Source of the DNA: Sminthopsis crassicaudata
Taxonomy: Eukaryota
Direction of reading: 5' to 3'
Length of the DNA stretch: 64,000 nucleotides
Assembly: GCF_048593235.1 (NCBI RefSeq)
Contig: NC_133619.1
Location: 436,755,644-436,819,643 of the forward strand
Both the position numbers and the translations under genes were made by a program. Below are positions 1 to 10,544 of this stretch, one piece after another. A model generated the notes under the pieces. That model searched no databases, was not told the DNA's origin, and was given only the letters and a program-made list of their open reading frames with translations. Position 1 is the first letter of the stretch. Every line of letters begins with the position of its first letter.

Positions 1-314
1 AACAGAATGTTATGAAAGGTTGATCTGAAAGAGAAAGGGGGAGTGGGATCTTCCAGTTGGAAGTTTTGTATATGTTTATCTATTTAAAGTGTTTTCATCA
101 ATGTTTTATGTACCTTATCTTCTCCATTAGATGTTTCAGTGCTTCAAAGCAGAGATGACTATTTTCTTTTCTGTCCCTGTTGGGTTTAGGATGCTGTTTT
201 TTCCCAGTAAATTTTCAGTAAAAATTAATGATTGATTAATTAACTACTAGATGAATGAACTATGGAGTGAACAGCAGGCCTCCTTAAATGAGTCTTCCTC
301 CTCCAATCTCTCAA

Positions 315-490
315 AACTCTAGATTTGGAGATGGAAGAACTAGATTTTAATCCTACATTTGATTATTGCTGAGTGATCTCAGGTAATTATCTGCCTCTTC
401 TTAGGTCCTCAATTTCTTCATCTATAAAAATGAAGGGCATTGACTAGAGGATTTCTAAGGTCCTCCGAGTCTGATATTTTATGTTCTGAA
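315..490 (+). mobile_element. MIR/CORE-SINE remnant
   Basis: Core-like ctcaatttcttcatctataaaaatgaaggg followed by an L3-type tail. Confidence 0.7.
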
Positions 491-1329
491 GAGTAAGGAG
501 AGAACATGAAGCTCTAGAACAAGCCAATATGGATGCTTAGAGAACCTTATGTGAAAAATTGAAGTTCAAAGAAGGAATCCCTGAAGTAAGACAAACACTT
601 AGAATCTGAGAAATGAGTCACACTTGTAAATGGGATTCTGTGAAGCATTCAGATTTGTGAATACATTGTCAAATGCTGTGAACTAACTTATTAAGTCTGT
701 CTTGTTCATTTGCTTTTAGACTCCATAGAGTAGCTATGAGTCATGCTTATGAAGAAGTCTCTAAGGTTGGAGTATTTTTCTGTCTGTCCTAGAGGCTTTT
801 TGATCTATGGAAAGTGAGTAATAACCTTGGGGAGAGGAAAGTAATTAATTATGTTCCTTAGTTGGGCCTCAGTTTACTTTGTTACCTTGGAAAAGTCCCT
901 TTAATTTAATGATTCTGAGTTCTGGATGGTGTATGTGGTAATAGGAATCCTCTGCCCCCTCTCTGTCATAGAGGGTAAATCAATGTCTGGAAAAGGCATT
1001 GAGCCTTTGGGAGATAAAGGAGACTGCTGCTAATTAATGTTTATTAATAGGAAGAATAGTAGAGGAAACACAAAGGTGATTCCAAATAGTCATAAACAAA
1101 CCTGTCAAATTCTATTAATACTGTCATTGTGCAGGCAGCAGAAACAGATACCTACCCTCGATAATTCTGCAAAACCTTTTCCCCTTACAAACTGGTGGTG
1201 TAAAATTAGATTAAAAAAAAAAAGCCAACAATAACTTTGATGACAAGTTGCATAGGGAGGGGTTTGGGGGGAGAATTTCTTAGACAAATATTTCTGCAAA
1301 ATGGGATGTGGGATGAGAACTTCACCTCC

Positions 1330-2480
1330 ACCTCCCTCAGCACTGTGTTGCTGAGAATTATAATAGGCTGGAAGCTTCTAATGGCCCACCACCATTGGAG
1401 TAGGTTTTCAATCGGAGAATGCATTAATTTCTTAAATGCATTTTCCTATTCCTCATGTATCAGGCTATTTACCCGAAATAATTTGACAGCAGCCCTTGGT
1501 CTTGTCTGAGAGGTTTTGTTACTTGCTCACTGCACACCTGCGCCTGTCCATGCATTAAGCCCTGACTGCAGGACTCTCGTCACAAATGAACTGTCAGATC
1601 ATTACTACGTTTGATGCAGTATAATCTGTCTTGAAATTAGAATTGGTCCATCCAGGCTTGGATTTCACTCGCTGCTGAGGCTAATACACTGTTTGAATAT
1701 GCATTCATGGAGATTCGCCTCCATTTGGAATCCGGGGGGAGTACAAGTTAAGAGCAGATTTTCCGAATTAGCATGNNNNNNNNNNNNNNNNNNNNNNNNN
1801 NNNNNNNNNNNNNNNNNNNNNNNNNNNNNNNNNNNNNNNNNNNNNNNNNNNNNNNNNNNNNNNNNNNNNNNNNNNNNNNNNNNNNNNNNNNNNNNNNNNN
1901 NNNNNNNNNNNNNNNNNNNNNNNNNNNNNNNNNNNNNNNNNNNNNNNNNNNNNNNNNNNNNNNGTCTCTGCTGCTCCCCACACTGGATCGGCGAGAGGAG
2001 AATGGGAGATTAAGACAGCAAAAAAGAAGCAAGCCTCTGCAACCAGTTTAAAGAAATTAAGGAGGAATTTATCAGTGAGGGGGAAGGAACCTCTGCGGCT
2101 GGAAACAGAGCCTTCGAAACGTCCCGTGGCTTTGAAAATAAAATGACTAATGTTTTTCGTCAAAAGGTGGGGGAAGAGGTGAAAGGTTAATTAACTATAT
2201 TATCTGCCCGTTTATGCCCAGCTGTGTGAAAGAAACTGCAAGCTCGGGAACCCCGCCCCTCACCCCCCATATGCACACATGCACCCCACTCCCTGCCCTG
2301 GTTGGTATCACACTCGGATCCAAGAACCCACACATACACACACTGGCAGGAAGGGCACATGAGTGTAATTGAATTAGTTTTTGAACTAGCGGATAATGCG
2401 ACTCTCTGTCCAGTGCCGGTTTTATGCCGCGAACTCTGGAATAGCCAGAATTTTATTATAGGGAAATCATCCTCATCGTC
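1330..2480. promoter_or_regulatory. CpG-retaining promoter/enhancer-like unique element (contains N-gap 1776-1963)
   Basis: About two dozen CpGs by eye in about 1 kb, against near absence elsewhere. GC box CCCCGCCCC at 2251-2259, TGACAG/CTGTCA at 1484 and 1591, ATGCAT at 1419, 1436, 1550 and 1699. No repeat similarity recognised. Confidence 0.65.
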
Positions 2481-2486
2481 ATCCTA

Positions 2487-2624
2487 GAAAGGAAGAGGAG
2501 GAGGGAAAACAGGAGGAGGAAGAAAAAAAGGAGGAACAGGAGGGAAAAAAAAGAAGAAAGAAAAAGAAGAGGAGGAAGAGGAGGAGGAGAAGAAGAAAGA
2601 GGAGGAGGGGGAAAGGAAGAGAAA
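2487..2624 (+). repeat. GA-rich polypurine low-complexity tract
   Basis: About 140 bp of GAG/GAA/AAAG with only two C residues. Confidence 0.95.
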
Positions 2625-2689
2625 GTCCAAATTCAGACGCTCAGTTCCCTTTAAGGAAGCTAGATTTAGTTAACATTTAGGAATGTCAC

Positions 2690-3960
2690 TAAGGCAGATT
2701 TTATCATTGTAGATGGATATCTATATGGCCTTGAAAAGGGTGGGGGTAGGGACCATTAATGGTTCTGGGGGCTTTTTGTTTCCTTTTTTGTCTGAAATTG
2801 ACCAAAGTTTTCTCCCAGCTCCCNNNNNNNNNNNNNNNNNNNNNNNNNNNNNNNNNNNNNNNNNNNNNNNNNNNNNNNNNNNNNNNNNNNNNNNNNNNNN
2901 NNNNNNNNNNNNNNNNNNNNNNNNNNNNNNNNNNNNNNNNNNNNNNNNNNNNNNNNNNNNNNNNNNNNNNNNNNNNNNNNNNNNNNNNNNNNNNNNNNNN
3001 NNNNNNNNNNNNNNNNNNNNNNNNNNNNNNNNNNNNNNNNNNNNNNNNNNNNNNNNNNNNNNNNNNNNNNNNNNNNNNNNNNNNNNNNNNNNNNNNNNNN
3101 NNNNNNNNNNNNNNNAAGGCTCCAGGAGATTTGGTGTGCTAAACACATTTGACAACAGCATTATCACTGCACGGAGCCCAGCAAAATGCCATCAATGTGT
3201 TAATTGTAACTGGCTATGTAAAGTGTCACTTCCCATATCACTTAACACCAGCTTCATCTATTTCCCAGCTCCTAATTTTCTACACTTTATAAACATATGG
3301 ATTGCTCTTGTAACAACAATGCCATCCTCTTTGTGTCAACAGCTAGGTCCCTTTAGCAGAGGTTTAATTTTGCTTGGCTATATGGTGCTTAGCCACCGTC
3401 CCCCAAGAAATGGTGATCTGGGAGGAGAGGATCAGGGGTCCAGAAGAGAAAAAGTGGGGGAGGCCTCCAAAAAGCCTCGGACTTCGCTTTGGTACTATTC
3501 TGATATGAGACTGCACTGGGATTTTTTTTTTCCTGGATGTGCACAATCTCTAATGGATAAATGATTCCATTTCCTTTGCAGAGGATTGAGCATACAGTCA
3601 GGATTTTTGTATTCAGTGAGTTTTCTTTCCTCATAATATAAGAACAGTTTTATAATGATAAACAGGAGAGCACCACATAAATAAATGAAAAATCCCCCTT
3701 GAAGATCTGAATGGGGTTTTTAGCACCCAAGTAGCTAATATTCAATTTCTGNNNNNNNNNNNNNNNNNNNNNNNNNNNNNNNNNNNNNNNNNNNNNNNNN
3801 NNNNNNNNNNNNNNNNNNNNNNNNNNNNNNNNNNNNNNNNNNNNNNNNNNNNNNNNNNNNNNNNNNNNNNNNNNNNNNNNNNNNNNNNNNNNNNNNNNNN
3901 NNNNNNNTATGGCAGATAATGCCATAAAACTGGGAAAGGATAATAAAATATGGTAGAAAG
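2690..3960. promoter_or_regulatory. Putative conserved non-coding elements (contain N-gaps 2824-3115 and 3752-3907)
   Basis: Unique, non-repetitive sequence with balanced composition and homeodomain/TALE-like words. Conservation is inferred from sequence character, not measured. Confidence 0.45.
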
Positions 3961-5081
3961 TTGAGTTATTTAAAGGTCTTTTGTGACTGCTTACTTAGGA
4001 ATTTGATGTATTATTTTGCTTCCCTTCCCCCATTGTAGAGAAATAAGCACATTTATGATTCCATTTCTTTGCAAGATTAGAAGTAATCAAAATCCATTTT
4101 TTAAATGTTGCCACAAAAGCTGTAAAGATCGTTTGCATTATTGAAAAATATCATATAGGGAAGCTTAATACCTTTGCAACTTTTAATCACTGGAATTGTC
4201 AACACTCTTAGGAAAGTTTGGAGTGATTAAGTAAGGGGTTAGATTAGTATATATTTTTGAACTCTTCATTAGCAACTTCACCAACTGCATCTAGTGAATT
4301 TTACAATCATTCCTATCCATTCTCACCCCACCCTCATCTCTAAACATATACATGGAAGAATCTCTGGAAAAGCAAATAAGGAAAAATATGCTCTGAAAGA
4401 ATATAGTCTATCCTAATTATGCATTACAGTAGAGTATTAAAAGACATGCTGTCTTAGAGTACACAGCAGAGGAACATTTGACTAGGAAAACATTAAAGCC
4501 ATGTATTTATCAAAATTTAAATCCTTGCAGTATTCCATTTACTCAATAGCAAAATGCATATTTTAGCCAGTCCTTGCCAAATACCCAATTTAAGCCATTA
4601 AATTGAAATCATAATGAAACTTTAAAACCCAGATGAATAGGGTGTTTCTTGCAAAGTAGCAGAAGTTATGATTTAAATTAACATTTCTGAACTCAGTTTG
4701 TTTTTCAGAATTTTTTTAAGAACCACAGTTTTTTTTAGAAATTAAATGTTGAGATTCAAAAACAACCTAGAGAAGCAAAAATTGTGTTAGGATTTCATTG
4801 TATCCTAAAAAATATGGAGGCTTTTTATAGATCCTTGAACAGGATAGAACAACTAGGACTGTGTTCCAGGACACTAAAATTTAGAAGCCATTGATAACTC
4901 TTGAAGTCCTTTTGGGAATACAAAAATATGAGTTTAAGCCATAGTTATCAAGAATAATTAATTAAAATTGGAAGCTTCAGAAACTTCCTACAACTGTTAA
5001 AAAAATAAAAAAAAAGCAAGTTCCTTTCCAGTTTCACACACATTATTCATCTGATCCTGTGAAAGTCACACTCTGCTTTTG

Positions 5082-5235
5082 ACTGCCTTAGTTTCCTCAC
5101 TGGGAAAATGGCAATAATAATAGCACTTAACTTATAGGGATGTTATAAAGCTCAAAAGAAATAAAAAAATTGGTAGAGCACTTAATACAATGCCTGTCAT
5201 ATAATAGGCACTTAGTAAATGTTTGTTTCCTTCCT
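5082..5235 (+). mobile_element. MIR 3' part with L2-type tail
   Basis: agtttcctcactgggaaaatgg...gcacttaatacaatgcctgtcatataataggcacttagtaaatg. Confidence 0.7.
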
Positions 5236-5779
5236 TCTTTGTGAAAAATTGCAAGTTGCAATTCTGACTTTTAGGAGGTATGGTACAATATATAATATTC
5301 TTAAGAACAATATAAAAAAGGTTGAGCCAGCTTATTCTAATGAGTTAAAGAAACAATGACATGATATATGATGAGGGATGGGAGCTGATATAATTAACCT
5401 CTGCCTCAGAGTTACTCTGTACCTTTCTTTGGCTAAGGTTTCTGTGCCATACAAAGGGAGTCCAATAATAATGACTTTGATGTTGCCAGTATAAAAAATA
5501 ATTGCTCATAAATCCCTTTGCAAATATTAGGTGCTATTTTTAAGTAATCTATAAATAATACAAAAGATAGGTGTTCCCATAATACTAGTATTGGCTCTTC
5601 AACTATTCCCCAGTGTGAAATCCTAGAGAAATTTTAAATGATCTCACAGCTTAAATATAGAAATTCAACATTGAAACTTAACTTAGTTAAAAGCAACATA
5701 TTCATTACAAAGCCAATGTAGAAAGAAAAAGAAAAAGGCAAACTTGAAGACCTAGAATGATGGACTAATTCATTTGATG

Positions 5780-6160
5780 TAATGACAGAACACCTGAGTT
5801 CAAGTCCTAACTCTGAAACTTATCTATATGATTAGGGGCAAATCACTTCATTCAATAAATACATTTTTCTAATTTTTAAAGATAGGAATAGTGATATTAG
5901 TATTACCTGCCTTCCAGTGTTGTTGTGAACAAGCACTATAAAATATGAGCTGTTATTATGATGCCATTCTGGAAAGAATGCTGAATTTTGGCATCAAATT
6001 GGTACTAATCTTGACTCTGCTGTTAACTACCTATGTGATCTAAAACAAGCCAAAGCAAGCTTATTATTCTCTCTGATTCAGTTTTCCCATTTGTAAAATT
6101 AGGAGATGTACTAGATTATCTTTAATGTCTCTTCTGACTCTAAATCTTTGTTTGTATGAA
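5780..6160 (+). mobile_element. Two adjacent MIR-family SINE remnants
   Basis: cctgagttcaagtcct B-box-like head; second copy with cagttttcccatttgtaaaattagg core. Confidence 0.65.
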
Positions 6161-6439
6161 CTGCTAAAGAGTTTAAAATTTTTTTTTCATGGTATCAGAG
6201 GAATACAAAGGATCTAATTCCACTTGAAGGCAGGATTGTTCATTTTAGCCATCATATGATTAAAGGTCTCTAGAAAAGGTATTTCCACATTCATTTATCA
6301 GTTTAACGCATTTCTGGTTCCTTGCCCCCCAACAAGAAATTCCACCTAATGGCTAACCTCAATATTTCTTATTTTGATCTTTTTAACATTACCTCATTAT
6401 CCTTGTATTTTTATTAATAATAACTAATAAATTATCATA

Positions 6440-6620
6440 ACCCTAGAAAGGACTCAAGAGAACTGAGGTCCTATCTTGGTGCTGACATTAACTAGTTGCA
6501 TGATCTTGAAGAGGTTCCTTCCCTCTCTGAACTCATATTTAAAGAATATTTTACATCTGTAAAATGAGGAGTACAATCTAAATAATCTACCAATAATCCT
6601 AACTCTAAAGCTCTATGATT
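6440..6620 (+). mobile_element. MIR-family SINE remnant
   Basis: catctgtaaaatgagg core and ctctatgatt tail. Confidence 0.65.
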
Positions 6621-6659
6621 ACATATTATTGTTCTATAAGAAGTAATCAGCATGATAAT

Positions 6660-7140
6660 TTCAGAAATATTGGAGAGATGTACATGAACTGATGCTGAGC
6701 GAAGTGAGGACCCAAGAGAACATTGTACATACCAAAAACAAGATTATGTGATGATCAACTGTGATGGACTTGGTTCTTTTCAACAATGAGGTGATTCAGG
6801 CCAATTCCAATAGACCTGTGATGGAGAAAGGCATCTGCATTCAGAAAGAGAACTTTGGGGATTGAATGTAGATCATAACATGGTATTTTCAACTTTTTTG
6901 TTGTTTACTTGTTTTTTTCTTTCTCATTTTTTTTCCTTTTTGATCTGATTTTTCTTGTGCAGCATGATAAATGTGGAAATATGTTTAGAAGAACTGCACA
7001 TGTTTAACCTATATTAGACTACTTGCTGTCAAAGGGTGAGGAGAAAGAGGGAGAAAAATTTGGAACACAAGGTTTTACAAGGGTGAATGTTGAAAATTAT
7101 CTTTGCATATATTTTGAAAATAAAAAGCTATTATTAAAAA
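6660..7140 (+). mobile_element. L1 3' end (marsupial subfamily)
   Basis: gagatgtacatgaactgatgctgagcgaagtgag..., purine-rich segment, then aataaaaagc and an A-rich end. Confidence 0.85.
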
Positions 7141-7254
7141 TATAGCTTTATGATTCCAATAGAATATAGGAAAGAAAATTTATTTTAAAATCTTTTATCC
7201 CTAGCATCTGTTATGGTACTGGATACATAGTTAATGTATTACAAATACTTTTTA

Positions 7255-7830
7255 AAAAGATTTATTTTATTTTGAAATTTATTTATTATGAAATAAAACA
7301 AGCATTTCCATAACATGATTGAATTAAAAAAAATAAAAAAGAACATTGCACATGAACTACAAATCTATTATGTATAACTTGCTATTACTTTTAAATATCT
7401 AATAAAATTAACATGTAACTTTCTTTAACTCCCCTTTTCTTTCTTCCCTCTCCCTAGACTAGAAATGGTTACATTAGACACTAACATGTATTTATGTAAA
7501 ATCATTAGAAAAATCAGTTCTTTCTCTGGATGTAGATGGGGTCTTCCTTCATAGCTTCTTTGTTTTTATACAAAGGTTCTTACAATCTTCAAAATGATTT
7601 AGTTGCTCGGTTATTTTTGAAACAATATTGTTATTACTATATGTGATGTTCATTTGGTTCTGCTCATTTCATTCTTCATTGTTTTGTACAAGTCTTTCCA
7701 TGTTCTTCTAAGATTATCAAGCTCATCATTTCTTATAGTATTATAAATTTTCATTACAATCACAAGCCACAGCGTGTTCAACCATTCCCCAATTGATGGT
7801 CATTGCCACAATTGCCAGTTCTTTGCCACA
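7255..7830 (-). mobile_element. Older L1 3' end, antisense
   Basis: T-rich start, tcagttctttctctggatgtagat and attccccaattgatggtcat motifs typical of antisense L1. Confidence 0.75.
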
Positions 7831-8099
7831 ACATATGTTTTTAGTTGAATTTAGACTAGCTGTGTCTATTGTAAGCAAAACTGCAAAGTTTTGTTTTGAA
7901 GCACCCAGACTCTCCTTCCACAGACTTCATGATTAGCTCCCCTATCCTTTCCTAACTCCTTAGTTACTCCAAATCTTCTTGTACTCTCAATCCTTATTGA
8001 AGTTAAGAGCTACACTCAAGAAAACTTGATGCATTCAATAACGTGATAAGGTCTACTTTCCAGCTCTCAATCTATTCTCCTAAAAGCCTATGGTGTTTA

Positions 8100-8500
8100 T
8101 GCCTGATAGGGATGGAGACAGAAATGGCAAAATTAGACAAATATTTTGGATATTTGAGCAAAGGAAAGGGAGATGTTGAGTATTACAATGACTGGAAGAG
8201 ATATGACACAAGAAACTTGACATGGCAATGCTTTTGATAGATAGGAAAGTTAAGAAGAAAAAAGATTTTGAGGGGAAAAAGAATGAATTCAATTTGGGTC
8301 ACATAGTTTCTGAGATATCTCTGGTATGTTCTATGTTAAATATCTAATAGGTAATTGGTGGTGCTGGACTGAAGCTCAGGGGAAAGAATAAGGCTAGATA
8401 CAAAGATTTATGAATCATCTACAAAAAGACCATAGTTAAACCCAAGAAAGCTTGATGATGCTACCAGAGAATGAGGGGGAAAATAATTGAAAGTTGTTGA
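8100..8500 (-). mobile_element. L2 fragment
   Basis: Purine-rich degenerate L2-like sequence (gggtcacatagtttctgagatatc, gactgaagctcaggggaaag). Confidence 0.6.
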
Positions 8501-8723
8501 ATATATGAAGTTAATAAGTATATAAAGTTATTTCCCTAAAGATGATAAACTTCCATAAAAATGTAATTTATGGTATTTTTATTATTGTCCACTTGATGAT
8601 GGACCATTTCATGAACTGCCCATTTTATAAGTAATCATAATTATGCCATTATCATCATCATCATCACCATCATCATCATTTCCCTACTTGAGAGAATCAT
8701 TGAGAAGTACTGGGGAAATTATA

Positions 8724-8755
<32 letters not shown>

Positions 8756-9074
8756 ATATATATATATTATTCAATGGTAGAGGAGACTTTCTTTTCTTTC
8801 TTTTTTCTCTCTTTCTGACATCTAGTCCAACATTTCTTACTTCAAATAGAGAAAAGAAACTCTAGGTTTCAAATCAAAAGACAGAACCTCCAGGAAAATG
8901 AATTTTAGCTTGATGTGAACAAAACCTTCCAGAAAATCAGAACTCTCCTCAAGTGCTGCCTTGGGAGGCATCAAGTTCCAGAGTCAGTTGGTCTCTAGAT
9001 AAACCCTGGGTATTGGCTTAGGGCTCACAGGATCGTACATTTATAGCTGAAAGGGAACTTTAAAAATCAAACCC

Positions 9075-10110
9075 AGGTTGTATCCCAAAGAGATCTTAAA
9101 GGAAGGAAAGGAACCCACATGTGCAAAAAAAAGTTTGTGGCAGCCCTTTTCATAGAGGCAAGAAACTGGAAAATGAGTAGATGCCCATCAGTTGGAGAAC
9201 TGGTGAATAAGTTATGGTATATGAATGTTATGGAATATTATTGCTCTATAAGAAACAATCAGGAGGAGGATTTTAGAGAGGCCTTGGGAGACTTACATGA
9301 ATTGATGCTAAGTGAAAGGAGCAGAACCAGGTGATCATAGTACACAGCATCATCAATATTATACTGTGAAGACCGAGATAGCACCCTGGATATCTTAGAA
9401 TCAGCTGAAGTCAGGATAAGCAAAAGTCCTTGGTCTCTATTCTTGGTCTTTAGGGGTAGAAGTGAAGGGAATGGACACAGGAATCTCCACCACCTTCTTT
9501 CTCTTCCTCTCCTGCCAAAAGTAACTCTGGTTTGTCTTACTCCACACTCTAATCCCTACTACAATTTTCTGTATACACCAACAGTATACACTTGTATACA
9601 CCAACAGAGCCAGCACAGAAGAGTGGGAAGGGCCATTTTCCAAGCATAATAGAGTATTCTCCAACGATAATTAGCCTTAAGTGGTTAGTTGTCCTACCCT
9701 AGTGCATCAACTCAAGAGTTTCAGCCCTTTACATTATACAATGATCAATTCTGATGAACGTGATCCTTTTCTACAATGAGATGATTGATCAATGATCTTA
9801 TGATAAAGAGAGCCATCTACACCCAGAGAGAGTACTGTGGGAACAGTATGGATCACAATATAAAGATCTCACTCTTTTTGTTGTTGTTCACTTGCATTTT
9901 GTTTTCTTACTCATTTTCTTTCCTTTGTTATCTGATTTTTCTTGGGCAATGAGAAAATTTTGTATAAATATGTTTACATATATTGGATTTAACATATATT
10001 TGATTGCTTGCCTTCTAGGAGAGGGGGTGGGAAGAAGAAAGGGAAAATCTGAAACACAAAGGTCAATGTTGAAAAATTATCCATGCATATGTTTTGAAAA
10101 TAAAGAGCTT
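9075..10110 (+). mobile_element. 5'-truncated L1 (ORF2 C-terminus plus 3' UTR), interrupted by a solo LTR
   Basis: ORF 9119-9334 (FVAALF..ARNWK..RCPSVGE..NKLWYMNVMEYY) matches the L1 ORF2 C-terminal pattern. The sequence resumes at 9734 and ends in aataaag and an A-rich end. Confidence 0.9.
9365..9733 (-). mobile_element. Solo LTR, 369 bp, class II ERV-like
   Basis: TG...CA termini and a perfect 6-bp TSD TTATAC (9359-9364, 9734-9739); it interrupts an otherwise continuous L1. Strand is inferred from the U5-like end and a degenerate polyA word (minus-strand aatagag). Confidence 0.9.
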
Positions 10111-10329
10111 TTTAAAAAATCAAGCCCAGGTTACTCATTTTACAGGAGGGATAAAAAAATGCCAAGAGGATAACTTACCCAAGATCAATAACATAGGTAA
10201 TAAGTGCTGAAAATTAAATAAACATGGGGCCACTTTTATCAGAGTTCTCCTTACAAATCCTATTATGGTCTGTTGTTGTTCCTTCCAACTTAAATGTATT
10301 GAGGCACAATATCCCCAAAATCTTAGTGA

Positions 10330-10544
10330 ATTTTTGGATTTTTGATTTTTTAATAGTTGCCCCCCAATTACATGTCAAGACAATTTTTGTATTCATTTTT
10401 ACAATATTTTGAGTTCTACATTTTTCTCCCTTTCTTCTCTCCCTTCTTCCTAAAATGTTAGGCAATTTTATGTAGATTATACATGTACTATTATGTAAAA
10501 CATATTTGCATATTAATTATAGTTGTGAAAAAAGAAAGATTAAA
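10330..10544 (-). mobile_element. L1 3' end, antisense; left half of the ERV host element
   Basis: acatgtcaagacaatttttg...catatttgcatattaattatagttgtgaaaaa; the L1 continues after 12824. Confidence 0.75.

Noticed and set aside
1964-2015. Possible minus-strand splice acceptor (branch-like TTAAT, pyrimidine run, AG at 1984-1983)
   Set aside because: The exon would run into the gap and no donor or reading frame can be confirmed; it is kept only as part of the island finding.
6660-10544. Tail-to-tail L1 pairs (6.7/7.3 kb and 9.7/10.3 kb) as dsRNA hairpins
   Set aside because: The partners belong to different subfamilies and have low complementarity by eye.
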